In this document: in pieces, positions 28,698 through 41,344 of the stretch
How the letters are laid out: the number at the start of each line of letters is the position of its first letter
Numbering within the stretch: the first letter of the stretch is position 1
Program-made: the position numbers and the translations under genes
NCBI GenBank assembly: GCA_964057225.1
Contig: OZ059894.1
Span: 15,934,001-15,998,000, forward strand
Reading direction: 5' to 3'
Source: Auanema rhodensis
Taxonomy: Eukaryota; Animalia; Nematoda
Length of the DNA: 64,000 bases
The notes under the pieces: generated by a model
The model's input: the letters and a program-made list of their open reading frames with translations, nothing else
What the model was told of the DNA's origin: nothing
Databases searched by the model: none

Positions 28698-29847
28698 ATG
28701 GCTGAACTACCGCATATTGGAAAACACTGCGGAGCTAGTTTGTGCCATCGGCTAGGTTTCATTGATTTTTTTTGTACATAGCTTTATTTTAACTGTTTTA
28801 GACTTTTTACCCGTTAGATGTGATGCCTGTTCAGGCACATATTGGTAAGTTAAATAACAGTATTTTGAGTTATGATTATTTGATTTATAGTATTGATCAT
28901 TTCACTTACGAAGGACATGCATGTAAGCAAGGCTATCAAAAGGTTTATAATTTCTGGTATATTTCTGCTTAAAATTTGATTTAGAATGTCCAAGTACCTG
29001 TTTGTCCTTTATGCGATAAGCCTGTTCCCACACCAAAGAATGTTCAACCCGACTATCAAGTTGGTTTTGGTTTAGTTTTGTCGTTATTTATAGTCTTTTT
29101 TCAGGTGAACGAACATATTCAAAACAACTGTGAAAAAATATCTAAGCCGAGAATTTTCACAAATAAATGCTCTATAAAGGGATGTAAAAAAAAAGAGGTT
29201 TAATATTTTTACCCGAATAACATTTTTAGTTTTGTTTAGCTTGTTCCCGTTATGTGCCCTTCATGTAATTTAAATTTTTGCCTATCTCATCGACATGAAA
29301 AAGATCATCAATGTGGATCGGCATCCTCTTCTTTATCGCAAGCAGGGTAATTTATATTCAATTTTGATATTCTTAGTCTTTTGTTTCAGAATGGCAGCTA
29401 TGGCTAGAAACAGTGCAAAAACATGCTCGACTGAAGCCAGGGAAAAACAGGTTAGTTCGATTCGATTTTATTAGATTAAAAGTTTCGTCTCGTTGTAATT
29501 TTTATGAACATAGAATGTATAAAGACTAAATTTCAACATATTTCGTGTTTTCGTTCTTTTCGGAGTTAATGACCTTTCGAATCAAATATTTCCTTTAACT
29601 TGATATTTGATTTAAAGGTATAACATATTATAGATGGCTTTGGATGAAAAACTTGCTCGTTCTCTGGCAAATATGAACAGTGGTAGTGGTGAAGATCAAG
29701 ATAGAACCATGGCAGAAAGGATGCAATGGGAAGAATATCAGTTCGTTTAACGTTTAAATATATCAATGAAACTATGTGTTTAGAAGAAATCGGGGACGCA
29801 ATCGAGCTGGACAACAAGCATCCAGTGATCGTTGCTCAATAAACTAG
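28698..29847 (+). CDS. aip-1: AN1-type zinc finger protein AIRAP/AIRAPL (ZFAND2)
   Basis: MAELPHIGKHC...LDFLPVRCDAC, VQVPVCPLC, second AN1 finger NFCLSHRHEKDHQC, UIM-like DEKLARSL, CaaX-like end CSIN*. Confidence 0.93.
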
Positions 29848-30612
29848 TTTGACCTTTCATATCTGTAAATATTGTATTATATTTTTATTCATTGATCTAA
29901 GCTTTTGTATATACATTGTCTAGAAGATTATGCTTTTCTCCTTTTCCTGGTTTCTTTTTCTGTGATACTTATCTAAATCTTTGGAATGAAGACCTTTAAA
30001 AGCGTCAGTTGTTAATCTGATTCCTTCCAAAGGGACATAAATTTGTTCACGCATCTCTTTCTGAAAATAATTACAACATCAGCTGTTTGATAATCAAGAG
30101 TAAAAGAGTTACAATGGTCTGCAATAGGTTTTTTTAATCGAAGTTGTTCATGGTGACGATGGGTCAGCCAAAGTCTTGTGGTTTTAAAAAAGCTTAACCT
30201 AATACATTTAAAGTTAACTTCCATCTAACTAACTTATTATCAAGAACGAAAAATCAGAAAAAAAACATTTAAAGTTAGAAAACTGTTGTAAATACATCTT
30301 TGAGAGACTAGTTGTGATTAAACGGTATCCAGAAATACCTTGTTCTAAAGCAAGTGATTACATGTTCTTTCTTCTCTGTCAAATTTCGATGTCAGTTGTT
30401 TTGCTGTCTTCTCTTAACATTGTCCGTAGTAACAGCGGTTTTAGCTTTCACACTTTTAACCTCATATTCCTAGTCTTTTTGAATAGTTTGCTTATTTTTT
30501 AAGCAATTAAGTGAATTTTATGTAAGAATTATTGATTCTTATAGAATTTCTTCATTTCTTTTAAAGAGTTTTATTATTTGAAACTTGTAATGGATTAATG
30601 ATTACGTAAGAA

Positions 30613-33600
30613 ATGTATCGTCGGCCATCAGATGACATCCGGGAACTGAGAAAAAGGTGAGCTAAATTTACTTTGAATGTATTTTTGTAAAGAATATAAA
30701 GAAGAAAAGAATGAATTTTTCATATAACCTTTTCAGAGGGTTGCCGTGGCTTGCTTCAGCATTCCTCCTTTTCTTACTTCTCATATTTGCTGGTTTGGTT
30801 TTTATAATTCTTTATAATCAATCGGGAAATAATAAAAATATTTTATTCAGATGGAAATATGTATGTTTATCGTATTAATACCTTTTATTTCTTTTCAAAC
30901 TTTAGAATAACTCTGATGAATATGAAGATATAGATGACAAAACAGATGAACAGCCAAAGATTCATATTAGTCCATTAGAAAAACATAATAGAACTTCAGA
31001 AGATTTATTGACGTCTTCTAACCAAAGCGAATCTTCAAACGGCTGGAAATCCTATACTATTGCTCCACAATCCTCAATCATTTCAACTAGTATACCAAAC
31101 ATCATTGCAAATCCTATTTCTGCAACGTCGGTCAGTAAACTGTTATATACGTCTTCCTATATTTCTACTACACCACTGAGTATTGCTACTACAACCTCAC
31201 CGTTTCTGCAAACAGCAACGTCGACATCTCCTGCACCTATTACAACAACCTTTAACCCAGCAGCAAAATCTCTATTTTTAACTACTACGGCTATTCCTAA
31301 GAGTTCAAAAATTGGCTTGAGTACTTCTGTATCTAATATCACTCTTACAACACCTACAAAGACAGTAGTCACAGTTAATAGCACTCTAAGTACTGTTTCG
31401 GCACCGAGTACCAGTACCACCACAACGACAACTTCTATTCCTCCTACATCTCTTCATGTATCAACTACTCCCACGTCTCTTCGTGTATCAACTACTCCAA
31501 CATCGGCAACCTTACCTCGACCCAGATTAATCCCAATCAAACCAACTAAATCAGTTTCCACTTTGCCTCCAACGTCTTCAACATCACCACATACGTCAGC
31601 TTTACCGCCTTCTTCAACACTAACGATTCCCACAACTTTGAGCTCATTAGAGTCTCTGTTGTCAAACTATAATGCCACTAAAGAAGCTATCCCAACTGCA
31701 ACACCTACATCACCCACAATGAAAATCTTACCAACACTTCTAGCTAATTCAGACATTATCACTAAATCAGTTTACAATGAAACGGAGACACCTAAGATTA
31801 TCGCGGATGATTTCCTAGCTTCTTTGAACACAAACATTACAAGTTCAGAAAATGAAACGCCAGATGATCTTGTGGATAACTTTGACAAAGACGTGAAAAC
31901 CTTATCATATTCAACTGCTGCTGTTTCTTGTCCAAATGAATATTGTTCTGAAATTGGAAGGTAATAGAGCTGTTGTTTAGTTTCTTAACACTTAAGTTGC
32001 AGGAGCATTCTACTTCGTGGAGGTAATGCTGTTGATGCTGCTATAGCTACAGATATCTGTATGGGTTCAGTACATCCTCATGAATCTGGACTAGGAGGAA
32101 GTACAACTATGATTATACATGAATCGTTTGTTTAAAAATTTCCATTCTTCATGCTTTTCTTGTTTTAGGGGATCAAAACCTGTTGTTATCAATGGTATTG
32201 CAACTTCCCCTCGTAGTGCAACATCTAATACATATGCTTTCAACGAAGATTTATCAATTAAAGGTTTATTTTAATCATAAAAGCTTAATCTATCTTGTTT
32301 ATTACGGGTTATTCTGCTGTAGCTTGTCCTGGAAATCTCGCTGCGCTATGGAAAGCATTTAGTCGTTATGGGTCTAGGAAAATAGGATGGCAAGATTTAT
32401 TATTACCCACAATTGATTTACTTGAAAGAGGTTTTCTCTTACTTTGAATGTCAGATTCACACCGTGTTCTAGGTTATCAACCGTCTGAAAGTTTATTAGA
32501 AGCATATGCAGAGCTATTGCCTGAGTTGAAAGCTGATCCTATAGCAAAGTTTGCTGAAATATAGTCAAATAATAACATTTTTATTTTAGAAAACGATTTG
32601 TCAATAAAATAAAGGAAGGTGAACTGTTCCATAATAGTCAATTGGCTCAAACGTTGCGTAAACTTGCTTCTTCTCGTGATCCATACCAATTATTTTATCG
32701 GGGTGAATTGGCTTCTCAAATTATTCAAGAACTACGAAGCTTAGGTAACTAATTATATTTATTATCTACTTCAAAATATATATTTGTAGGTGCTCTGCTA
32801 ACCAAATTAGATTTTGTCAATTATGAAGCTACAATAGAAGATGCCCAATCGGTCGAATTGCATGATGGTCGTATATTATCAGGCCCTAGCCCACCTTCTA
32901 CATTTATTCTATCACAACTCTCTATAAAGCATTTTTCTGGTTTGTGATTTTTTTGAGTAAGTTTCATAGTTTTATGTATAATACTTCCAGAAAAATATAA
33001 AGAAATGAAAGAAAAATCACCAACTATTGATTACATTAAGAATTTGCTTGATTTTCAGAGCAATATCACAAAGTTGCGAACAGAAATAGGTATTTGTTTT
33101 TACGAAGAAAAACTTATTTCAAAGTTTTTGTCTAGGCGATCCAACTTTTTCCCTAAAAACACAGTTGATATCATTGAATATGACATCATTAGATAAGATT
33201 GTTCAACTTGGAAAAGTTTTGGAAAATAGTCCAATGAGCACACAATCTGTTGATAAGCATAGACAAAAACGTCGGATATCTGTAAGACGGCATACAATTC
33301 ATTTCTACAATGAAGAAATTTTTAATTTTTAGAAAGCAGTAGATTATGTGTCAACACATATCAATGTAATAGATTCAAAAGGAATGTCTGTTTCTCTAAC
33401 ATCTACGTTGAATAAGAAGTATAAAATAATTTAATAATTGTATATAACAGTATATACATACTTAGATTTGGTGCTCAACGTCTTTCTGATCGCTTAGGAT
33501 TTTTCTGGAATAATCACATGGCAGAATTTTCACTTACTGATCTAGATGGAGAAGATATAAACTCCATACAAGGCTCTAAGAAGCCAAGAACTGTCGTAGT

Positions 33601-34072
33601 ACCCCTTATTATAACTAAAAATAATCAGGTAACATAGTAATATAAGATATATTTTTAATAAAAAAATTTAAAGATAGAGTTATTGTTTGGAGCAACAAAA
33701 CCTTCCTGCACTGAATTCCTTACAACTCAGGTTTGAATAATATTATGAGTATATCAAATTTGTATAATATGCAGGTGATTCTGAACTATCTACTTTTTGA
33801 TAAGCAAAAGGCTTTAAGCTTTCCTCGGTTTTGTGAACATGATTTTGGTCTTATTGTGGAATCATCTATATTTAAGGTAAGCTTATATGGTTAAATAATA
33901 TATTTAATTTATGTTTATATTAAAGAAAAATAGTGATATTCAACATTTGGAACAGAAATATGATGTAAAACAATCAAATGTTATCATGTATTTATTATAT
34001 AAGGAAAATAATACTATATATTCCATTTGCGATCCAAGGGACAGTAATCAAGAATGCTCATTAGGCTATTAA
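30613..34072 (+). CDS. Type II membrane gamma-glutamyltranspeptidase-like protein with a ~300 aa Ser/Thr/Pro stalk; catalytic motifs degenerate
   Basis: Short cytosolic tail and TM segment (WLASAFLLFLLLIFAGLVFIILY), long S/T/P exon 30906-31961, then CSEIGRSILLRGGNAVDAAIA, SGLGG, TSTLNKKFG, WNNHMAEFS and C-terminal DPR...GY*. Confidence 0.88.
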
Positions 34073-34345
34073 CTTGCTTTATGTACATAAATGTTTTCCA
34101 TAATTTTTTTTTTTTTTTTAATTTCAAAATATTACAATTCAATTATTTCAAATATATATTCATATACAACCGCTCTTCATCTTTCACAACATGAAAATGA
34201 ATATTTTAAAATTAAAAAAAAACATCCTTTCGTGTTATAGAAAATGTTTATAATTTTACAAAAAGAGATCAAAAAAATGCTTTTTATATTAAAATAAAAA
34301 TTAGAAATTTTGTACTGTGAAACATAATAAAAATATTATTTCATT

Positions 34346-34753
34346 TTATAGTAATCTTCCAAATCTAGGGTTTCCTCTAGGTCTATCGTTATAATATGGT
34401 TGAATTGGTACTGGAACTCCGTTATCATCTATATAGACATCTTGCTGTCTTCCCACAATGGGATCTCCTCGGAAACTTCCTATCAAATCGATCTAAATAA
34501 GAAATAATATTCAAGAAGACAATCATTGAAATCTTACAGCTCTTGGTGGAATTGGAGCATCTTCATCATTCAATTGATTATGTCTTTCAATTTTTTGTTG
34601 GCGTGGTATTGATGTACGAGAGCTTACATACAATCGTTCTAGCAATGATTCGGTAAAAACTTGAAAAAATAGACATATAATCTCATTATTACAATTATAT
34701 ATCTTACCAGTAGTAATACAAAACAATAAAATTGTTGTTTTATATAAAACCAT
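34346..34753 (-). CDS. Single-copy RFamide (FLP) neuropeptide precursor, 104 aa, FLP-31-like; exons 34753-34708, 34659-34538, 34492-34346
   Basis: Signal peptide MVLYKTTILLFCITTVFT; two canonical short introns; C-terminus ...PYYNDRPRGNPRFG-R-LL*. Confidence 0.8.
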
Positions 34754-35395
34754 TAAATATTGTTTTTGGCTGATTTGTTTTTAAACTAAGTTAAAAAGAA
34801 GATAAGTACAAGAATAATAATTAATTTAGAATTATTATGTTTATAAGATATAACTATAACTGTTGAAAAGTTGGATATTTGAATGGTGAGAAATAGATGT
34901 GTGTCTTTTGTGTGAATTATATTGAATATAACGTTAGACCGAGACAATAACCGACTTTAAAAACACGTTTTGAAGTTATTGTGAAATAAAACTAAAAGAT
35001 GAATTTTTACACATAATAATTAATAAATATGACGATAAAATTTGTCGTACTTGAAAGTACTAGTATCTATTATGTTCTGAGAATTTATTTAAAAATCTTT
35101 ATCGAAGTTTATTCAACAAATTAAAAATTACTATTTCTACTAAAACACGTAAAAACAAATATAAGTATCAGTAGCATAGATAAATAATTATTCTTCATGT
35201 GTACAGCTTCATCATGTTTTGTATTAAAATCAGATTAAGAAAGGAAGATACGGATAATGATGAGGAATTGTATGAGTGAAGAAAAAGTGTTGTTCTATTG
35301 TCTATCAACTGATGGCATCATTATCGGAGAGATTCTATAGAGAAAGCTTTTTTTAGGTCATCGTGCACTGATCGTATAACGTCATCATGTTTAGA

Positions 35396-37812
35396 TCAGG
35401 CTTGCTGTTCAACCAATGCTTCGCTTTGTTGTCCCAAAGTGGATTTTCTAACTACAATAGAAAATATGTTTTGAATATAACTATTGTATAAACTAACGGA
35501 ATAATCTTTGCTCTTTTGGTGGCATATGCTCTATAAGTGGCATATCCTTGGTTTCAGGAAGGAAACATTCAAACGCAAACATATCAATCATAGAGAAGGT
35601 GAGCATGACGCAGTATGGCAAGGCCAACCAGACATCTTGCTGAAATTATTAAAGATTATTTTTGATCTTGATGTTTTTCATTTTACAAGGTAGAATACGA
35701 AAGGTGAAACAATGACTCCAGCACGATTCCACAGTTGCAGGAAGGAATAGCCGAGATTCCTGACTGGTGTTGGGAACAACTCTGTGCCAACAATACCATC
35801 AGCAATATAAATCTAAAAAATAAAAAAAGATTTCTTCATTTAGTAAGAAAAACTATTTGTTTCTCGAATTCAACCTACTTGAGATGTCATAGAAGTGGCT
35901 ATCAAGACAGCAACACTAATTTCTCTTTGCAAAGTGTGATTCAAATCTAAAATTTGGAGTTACAAGAAGTATTTTTTCATTGTATCTCACCAAATGTATA
36001 AGCAAATATAACTAATCCCAATGAGAAGAAAATAATAACATGTCCAGCACTATGAATGAATTTTCTTCCAACAAACTTAAGTTTCAAGTCAGCATAACCG
36101 AATATCAAATTGCATGCATAACTACAAGAATCACTCTTTGCTCATGTAATATGAATAAATTTTGTTTAAATACCGAATTAATCCTGTATAAACTGCATTC
36201 CAATATATAGAACCACTAAGTTTTTCCATATTAAATAAAATTCCATAATTAATAATTGAAGTTGAAAAACTAAAAAGAAAAAGAAAAAAAAATATCATAT
36301 ATTCTCTAGTTACTTACTAACTAAATGCAAGTACAACTGTAGTTAAAGTTAATCTCCATGTACAAAACAGATGGTAATAAGAGTATTGGCGTCGTTTTAC
36401 ATTTGCTTGAAGTGCCAACTGAAAGAAGAAAAAGTTAAATATAGATTTTCGAATATTCTTTTTCATACTTGATATTCACTTAATAGAACATTTTCTAATT
36501 CATCGTCAATTAAATGTGTTTTGTTTGATGTTCTAAGCTGGCTCTTTACTATTTCTCTAGCTTCATCAACACGACCTTTAGTAACTAGCCATCTAGGTGA
36601 TTCGTGAACAAAAAACCTGAAATAATATAATTTTTTCATTTGATCTTTTGAATTATTCCGTTTGAATTCTATTTATGGATATCTTTTTTTGTTCTACGTG
36701 ACCGAAAAGTTCACGTCGTCAAACTGTTCGAATTCACATGAAATGTGTAACATAGTCAATGTCTGCTAATCTATTAAGTGGCCAAAAACATATCAAAAAT
36801 GATTTAATCTTTTCATATTTTGTTTTTATTTTAATGAATATTAAATATTACTTACAAGCAAATAATGAATGGAGGGACGCATAAACCAGCAGTTACATAA
36901 GCTAGTACATCCCAACTGTGGCTGAGATAGGCAATTAAAGCAATGATTGGAAAAGTTGGTGACCTGAAATTATTTCAATGAAAATTGGATTTTACACTGT
37001 AAAATGAATGAACCATGTGATTGTCATATTAATCCACATTCGATGTTTTTTTGGTATATTTTCCATAATAAATACATTGGAAACACTGTAATAGATCATA
37101 TTAGACTATAAATTTTTTAAAAATTCTTTTGAATCAAGGCTATACCTTACACTACCCCCAGTGAAAAATCCAACAATTGTTCTAGTTAGTGTAAATTGTA
37201 ATAAACTGTGTGAATGAGCAACAGTTATCCATCCAATAGCCATACCTGCTACTGATATTAACATTGACTAAAAATATTTAATGAAAAACAATTTCTTTGG
37301 ATGTCCTTAAGGTAAAATCTTACAATTTTTCTTCCAAAAGTATCACTTAGCTGGCCGAATACAACGGAACCAACGAGTACACCGAACATTTGAATTGAAA
37401 TACTATTTTTCACATTCTTTGTAGTATCACAAAAGTAATTCCACTAAATTTATAATTTTAAAAATTGTTAAATTTTTAGATCTTGCAATACCTCTGCATT
37501 TACTGAACGGAACTGATATGATAAGACTGGACTAGAACAGCTGGAATTCTTGTATATAGAACAGATTTCTTTGTCTTCAAGATCGGCTGAGAACTCCACA
37601 CCATCACAGCTGGCAATACGTGGTGAAGCTCCTGAAAATATGAAGAAAATGAAGAGATATCTACTGGAAAATCATTAATTACCAGAATAAACCATATAAA
37701 ACTGTGATGTTACTTGAGGAAGAATAATTGCTGCATTGAATATGCATATGATGGTCACGTACCATCCAATTTCCACATAATCATCAAGTCGCTTTTTAAG
37801 TTCAATTCCCAT
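35396..37812 (-). CDS. MFS transporter, SLC22/organic cation transporter-like; many exons
   Basis: N-terminal TM, Cys-containing loop and FRSVNAE-WNYFC, SDTFGRK, FVHESPRWL, FLPETKD motifs. Confidence 0.92.
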
Positions 37813-38127
37813 ATTGAGTCACTTCTCTTAATTTTTAAAAAAATTGAAGATATGTTTTTTTAAAGAAAAGATATTTTGAAACTATGTCTCATTTACATAG
37901 AATTAAATATTATATAATATATTGTATAATTAAAATAAATATTAAACATTTGTCTGAACAATAATTATTTTATAATCATTAAAATTGGGAACTAGTTATG
38001 ATATGACAAGCAAGTGTCTATGGTATGATAATTGATAATAACTGTTGTATGAAGTTGAAAATCAAATGATTCTTATCGAAAAAAAGACTTCAAAGAAAAG
38101 AAGTTCTTGAGAGACAAATGATCTATG

Positions 38128-38195
38128 AAAGAGAGAGAAAGAAAGAAAAAGAAAGAGAGGTAGAAAGAGAGAGAGGTAGAAAGAAAGAGAGGGAT
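38128..38195. repeat. GA-rich simple repeat
   Basis: Direct inspection. Confidence 0.8.
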
Positions 38196-38676
38196 AGTGA
38201 CTAAACATAAAGAGAGAAATTGGCAGAGGAATATATATGAAACTTCGAAGGCTTAAACTCTACTGTCTGACCGACAGTTTTTTCTTCTGTATTTCTATAG
38301 TGGGATGGGTTTCACCTTTTTGGAAAATTCTGCAGATTAGATTTCTACGAAATGAAGTGCACGTAGACAAAGAAATGAAATATTGCGTAATATTACATGA
38401 AGAAGATTACAATAAATTTATAAAAAAGAATTATTATTAGTAATACATCGGATAATCATTGAAAAATGGTTTCAAGGAAAAACATGATAATAGTTAAGCT
38501 GACGAGTATCATCACATGTACCATAATCTCAAATTAATTTATATGATTTTGGACGGTTTTTAATCGAAGAAATCTTCAACCATATTTAGAAGATTACTTC
38601 GACCGGTCCAATGGGAGAAATTGTTGAAAGAAAATAAGAAAAAAAGTGAGAACAAGAGTGAGAAAGCGAAATAAAT

Positions 38677-38711
38677 AGAGAGAGAGAGAGAGGGAGGGAG
38701 AGAGAGAGAGA

Positions 38712-38757
<46 letters not shown>

Positions 38758-38775
38758 AAGAAGGAGAAGGAGGGA
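38677..38775. repeat. (GA)n microsatellite
   Basis: Direct inspection. Confidence 0.95.
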
Positions 38776-39803
38776 ATCCAAAACAAAGACAGACACATAG
38801 TATATGAAAGAGAAGTAGATAGGGAAACTGGGTAACATTATAAGAGAAGCAGGGAAATTAAAGTTCATACTAGGTACAAAATGTACGGAGGTATTCAGAC
38901 GACACCAAATTGAATTAGAGTGTCATATGATATTCAAAGTAGCTTAGGTCACTACCCAATGTTAAAAGAATTTAATCGAATCATTTGATCAACTTAATTC
39001 TATGTATATATGAAACTAATCACGTTTCATAGTTTTTCTGCAATATTTTGATTTTAATTTCTTTCAAGTTATAGCTCTTTTTCTTTTTTTTAATTTAGTT
39101 TTTCTTTTGTTTCTAAACTATGAAACAAATAGTAATCCTAATTATATTTTCTTTCAAATAATGCTGTAATCCATTTTCCTTTGGCAATAAATTGTTTTTA
39201 TACTACTTAAATAGATTTTACTTTGAAAACATATTTACTGGACAACTCTTCCACAAATCCTCGAGATCTTTGAATATTTTCCTTTTTTTTAAATTAAACG
39301 CATGATGAATCTCGTTTGCTTTTTGGTCAATGTCTAATTCGATTATGCTCGTTCAAGGTCATCAGGATAAGAAATAACTAAAAAGTTTGAACTATAATCT
39401 TAACTATATGTGTGTAGTTTAAGTTTAATTGACAATGAATCAAATAATAGTGAGAATAGTTGAAAATAATAAAATTTTTCAAGATCTTTAAGATCTTCTT
39501 TTCATAATATGGGACATATACAATCATTATGATAAAGCATGAAACTAAAATAAAAAAAAACGCAATCAAAGTCACGTTGGCTCAATTAAGTTTATGAATA
39601 AATTTAATGAATCACGTTCCAATTGAGGATAATTGCCATATGAAAAGACGACATTGAAGTTGTTTGACCATGCCATATCCAGTCCAACAAATTAATTAAA
39701 AGCTTTCATTGACATTAAGAATAATTTTTAAATGGATTCAAGATGTATATATAAGGATTTGATATGAAAATATTATTCTAACGATTATTATTTTAATAAA
39801 AAA

Positions 39804-40905
39804 ATGTTTTTTTTACAATTAATTACTTTACAAATGTTTGTAATATACGTTTTAACTTGTGTTCCCGCAATATCAGACAAAGGTTAGTTTGTATTTTACT
39901 TGATTTCTTCAAATTTTTAATACATTTTTAGTTGAAAGAAGAAAAATCTCGCAGTTTACTCGCACCTTTGGAGGTTTTCTCCCATTAAATTTCATTAATT
40001 TTTTTAATTTCTAGGTGAAAATGTTAATAATCATGTAAAGGAAACTTCAAGCCTTTCAAAAAATAATTTAAAAAAGGATTTGAAGACAAACTTGAAAAAA
40101 ACTGATTTGAAAACAGATTTCAAAAAAGAGTTGAAAACGAATCCCAAAAAAGATTTGAAAACGGAATCTAAAAAAAAATTGGAAACGAATTCCACGACGG
40201 ATTTGACAACGAATTCCAAGAAAGATTTGGAAACGAATTCCACGACGGATTTGACAACGAATTTAACAAAGAATATAAAAACCATAACGTATTCATCTAC
40301 TAGTCGTCCTATCATTACTAGTACATTTCGACCAATATCAATTTCACCTCCTTTCACTGATGCTCCAGTAATATTGGAAATATCAACATCTGTAGCTCCG
40401 ACTACTACTGATAGAACTATGTTGAGTATGAAAATATTTATCTTAAAACTGAATATTTTAACGAAATCAACTTATAGATAGCAAATGTAAAAATTGCAAA
40501 ATAGAGGACATTGGTCGAATTATTCGTAATATTCCATCTGGAATTGAAGAAAGTATTCCAATTATCACGTAAGTTTATTTTATTTGTTTGTATCTGTACT
40601 GTATCCATGAGATGTGTTTAAGATTGATTGATAATGAGGAACATGATATATGTTTATCTGCGAAAGTTGTTTGTGAAGCTCAAAACCATAAAACGACAAT
40701 CATGGAGGTTAGTTCTGATAATAGAAGTTGAATACTAACAACTTTCTTATATAACTAGGTTGCTGATCGACCTTCTCTACGTACTGAAACAATAGAAGAA
40801 GATTCATTTCTCATAGTAGTTTGTACTGACAATCAATGGAAATCTTATGATGGAATAGGAATTGCAAATGTTAATTGTTATCATTTGGATACATTTATTG
40901 ATTAA
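39804..40905 (+). CDS. Secreted protein with a K/T-rich 8-aa repeat, a Thr-rich stalk and a C-terminal six-cysteine (C6-like) domain
   Basis: Signal peptide MFFLQLITLQMFVIYVLTCVP; spliced C-terminus CKNC...ICLSAKVVC...VVCTDNQW...ANVNCYHLDTFID*. Confidence 0.75.
40071..40266. repeat. Coding minisatellite, ~24 bp unit x8
   Basis: Units like aaaaaagatttgaaaacgaatcc; the last four units form a near-exact 48 bp dimer. Confidence 0.9.
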
Positions 40906-41344
40906 ATAAGTTTTTTTTAAGTTTTATATTTTTATGTTTGTAAATGTTATAAATAAATCAAATTTGTAAATAAAAAAAATTATTTTTTTTTACAATTGTG
41001 TGGTTAAAGCGGTCGCAATCCTGTACGCCTGTTTGTAATTTCATTTATTTAAACAACAAAAAAGGTCAATTTTGAAATAAAATAAAAATAAATATTTATT
41101 ATTTCTCTACATAAACTAAAGAAATATTAAAATAATAATTATTGCAAAGTACTAGTGAAATGTATTCTTTTCAAACATATACATATATATTTGAAAACTT
41201 AAATAGCGCATAATTTACTACTTTCATGAAACATACATATACTAATTATTAAATTTATAAATAATTATTAATTTATAATAAATTAAGAAGTGAATTTAAT
41301 TGAGATCATTAGAAGAGAAAAACCTTTCCCAAAATAACAGATAT

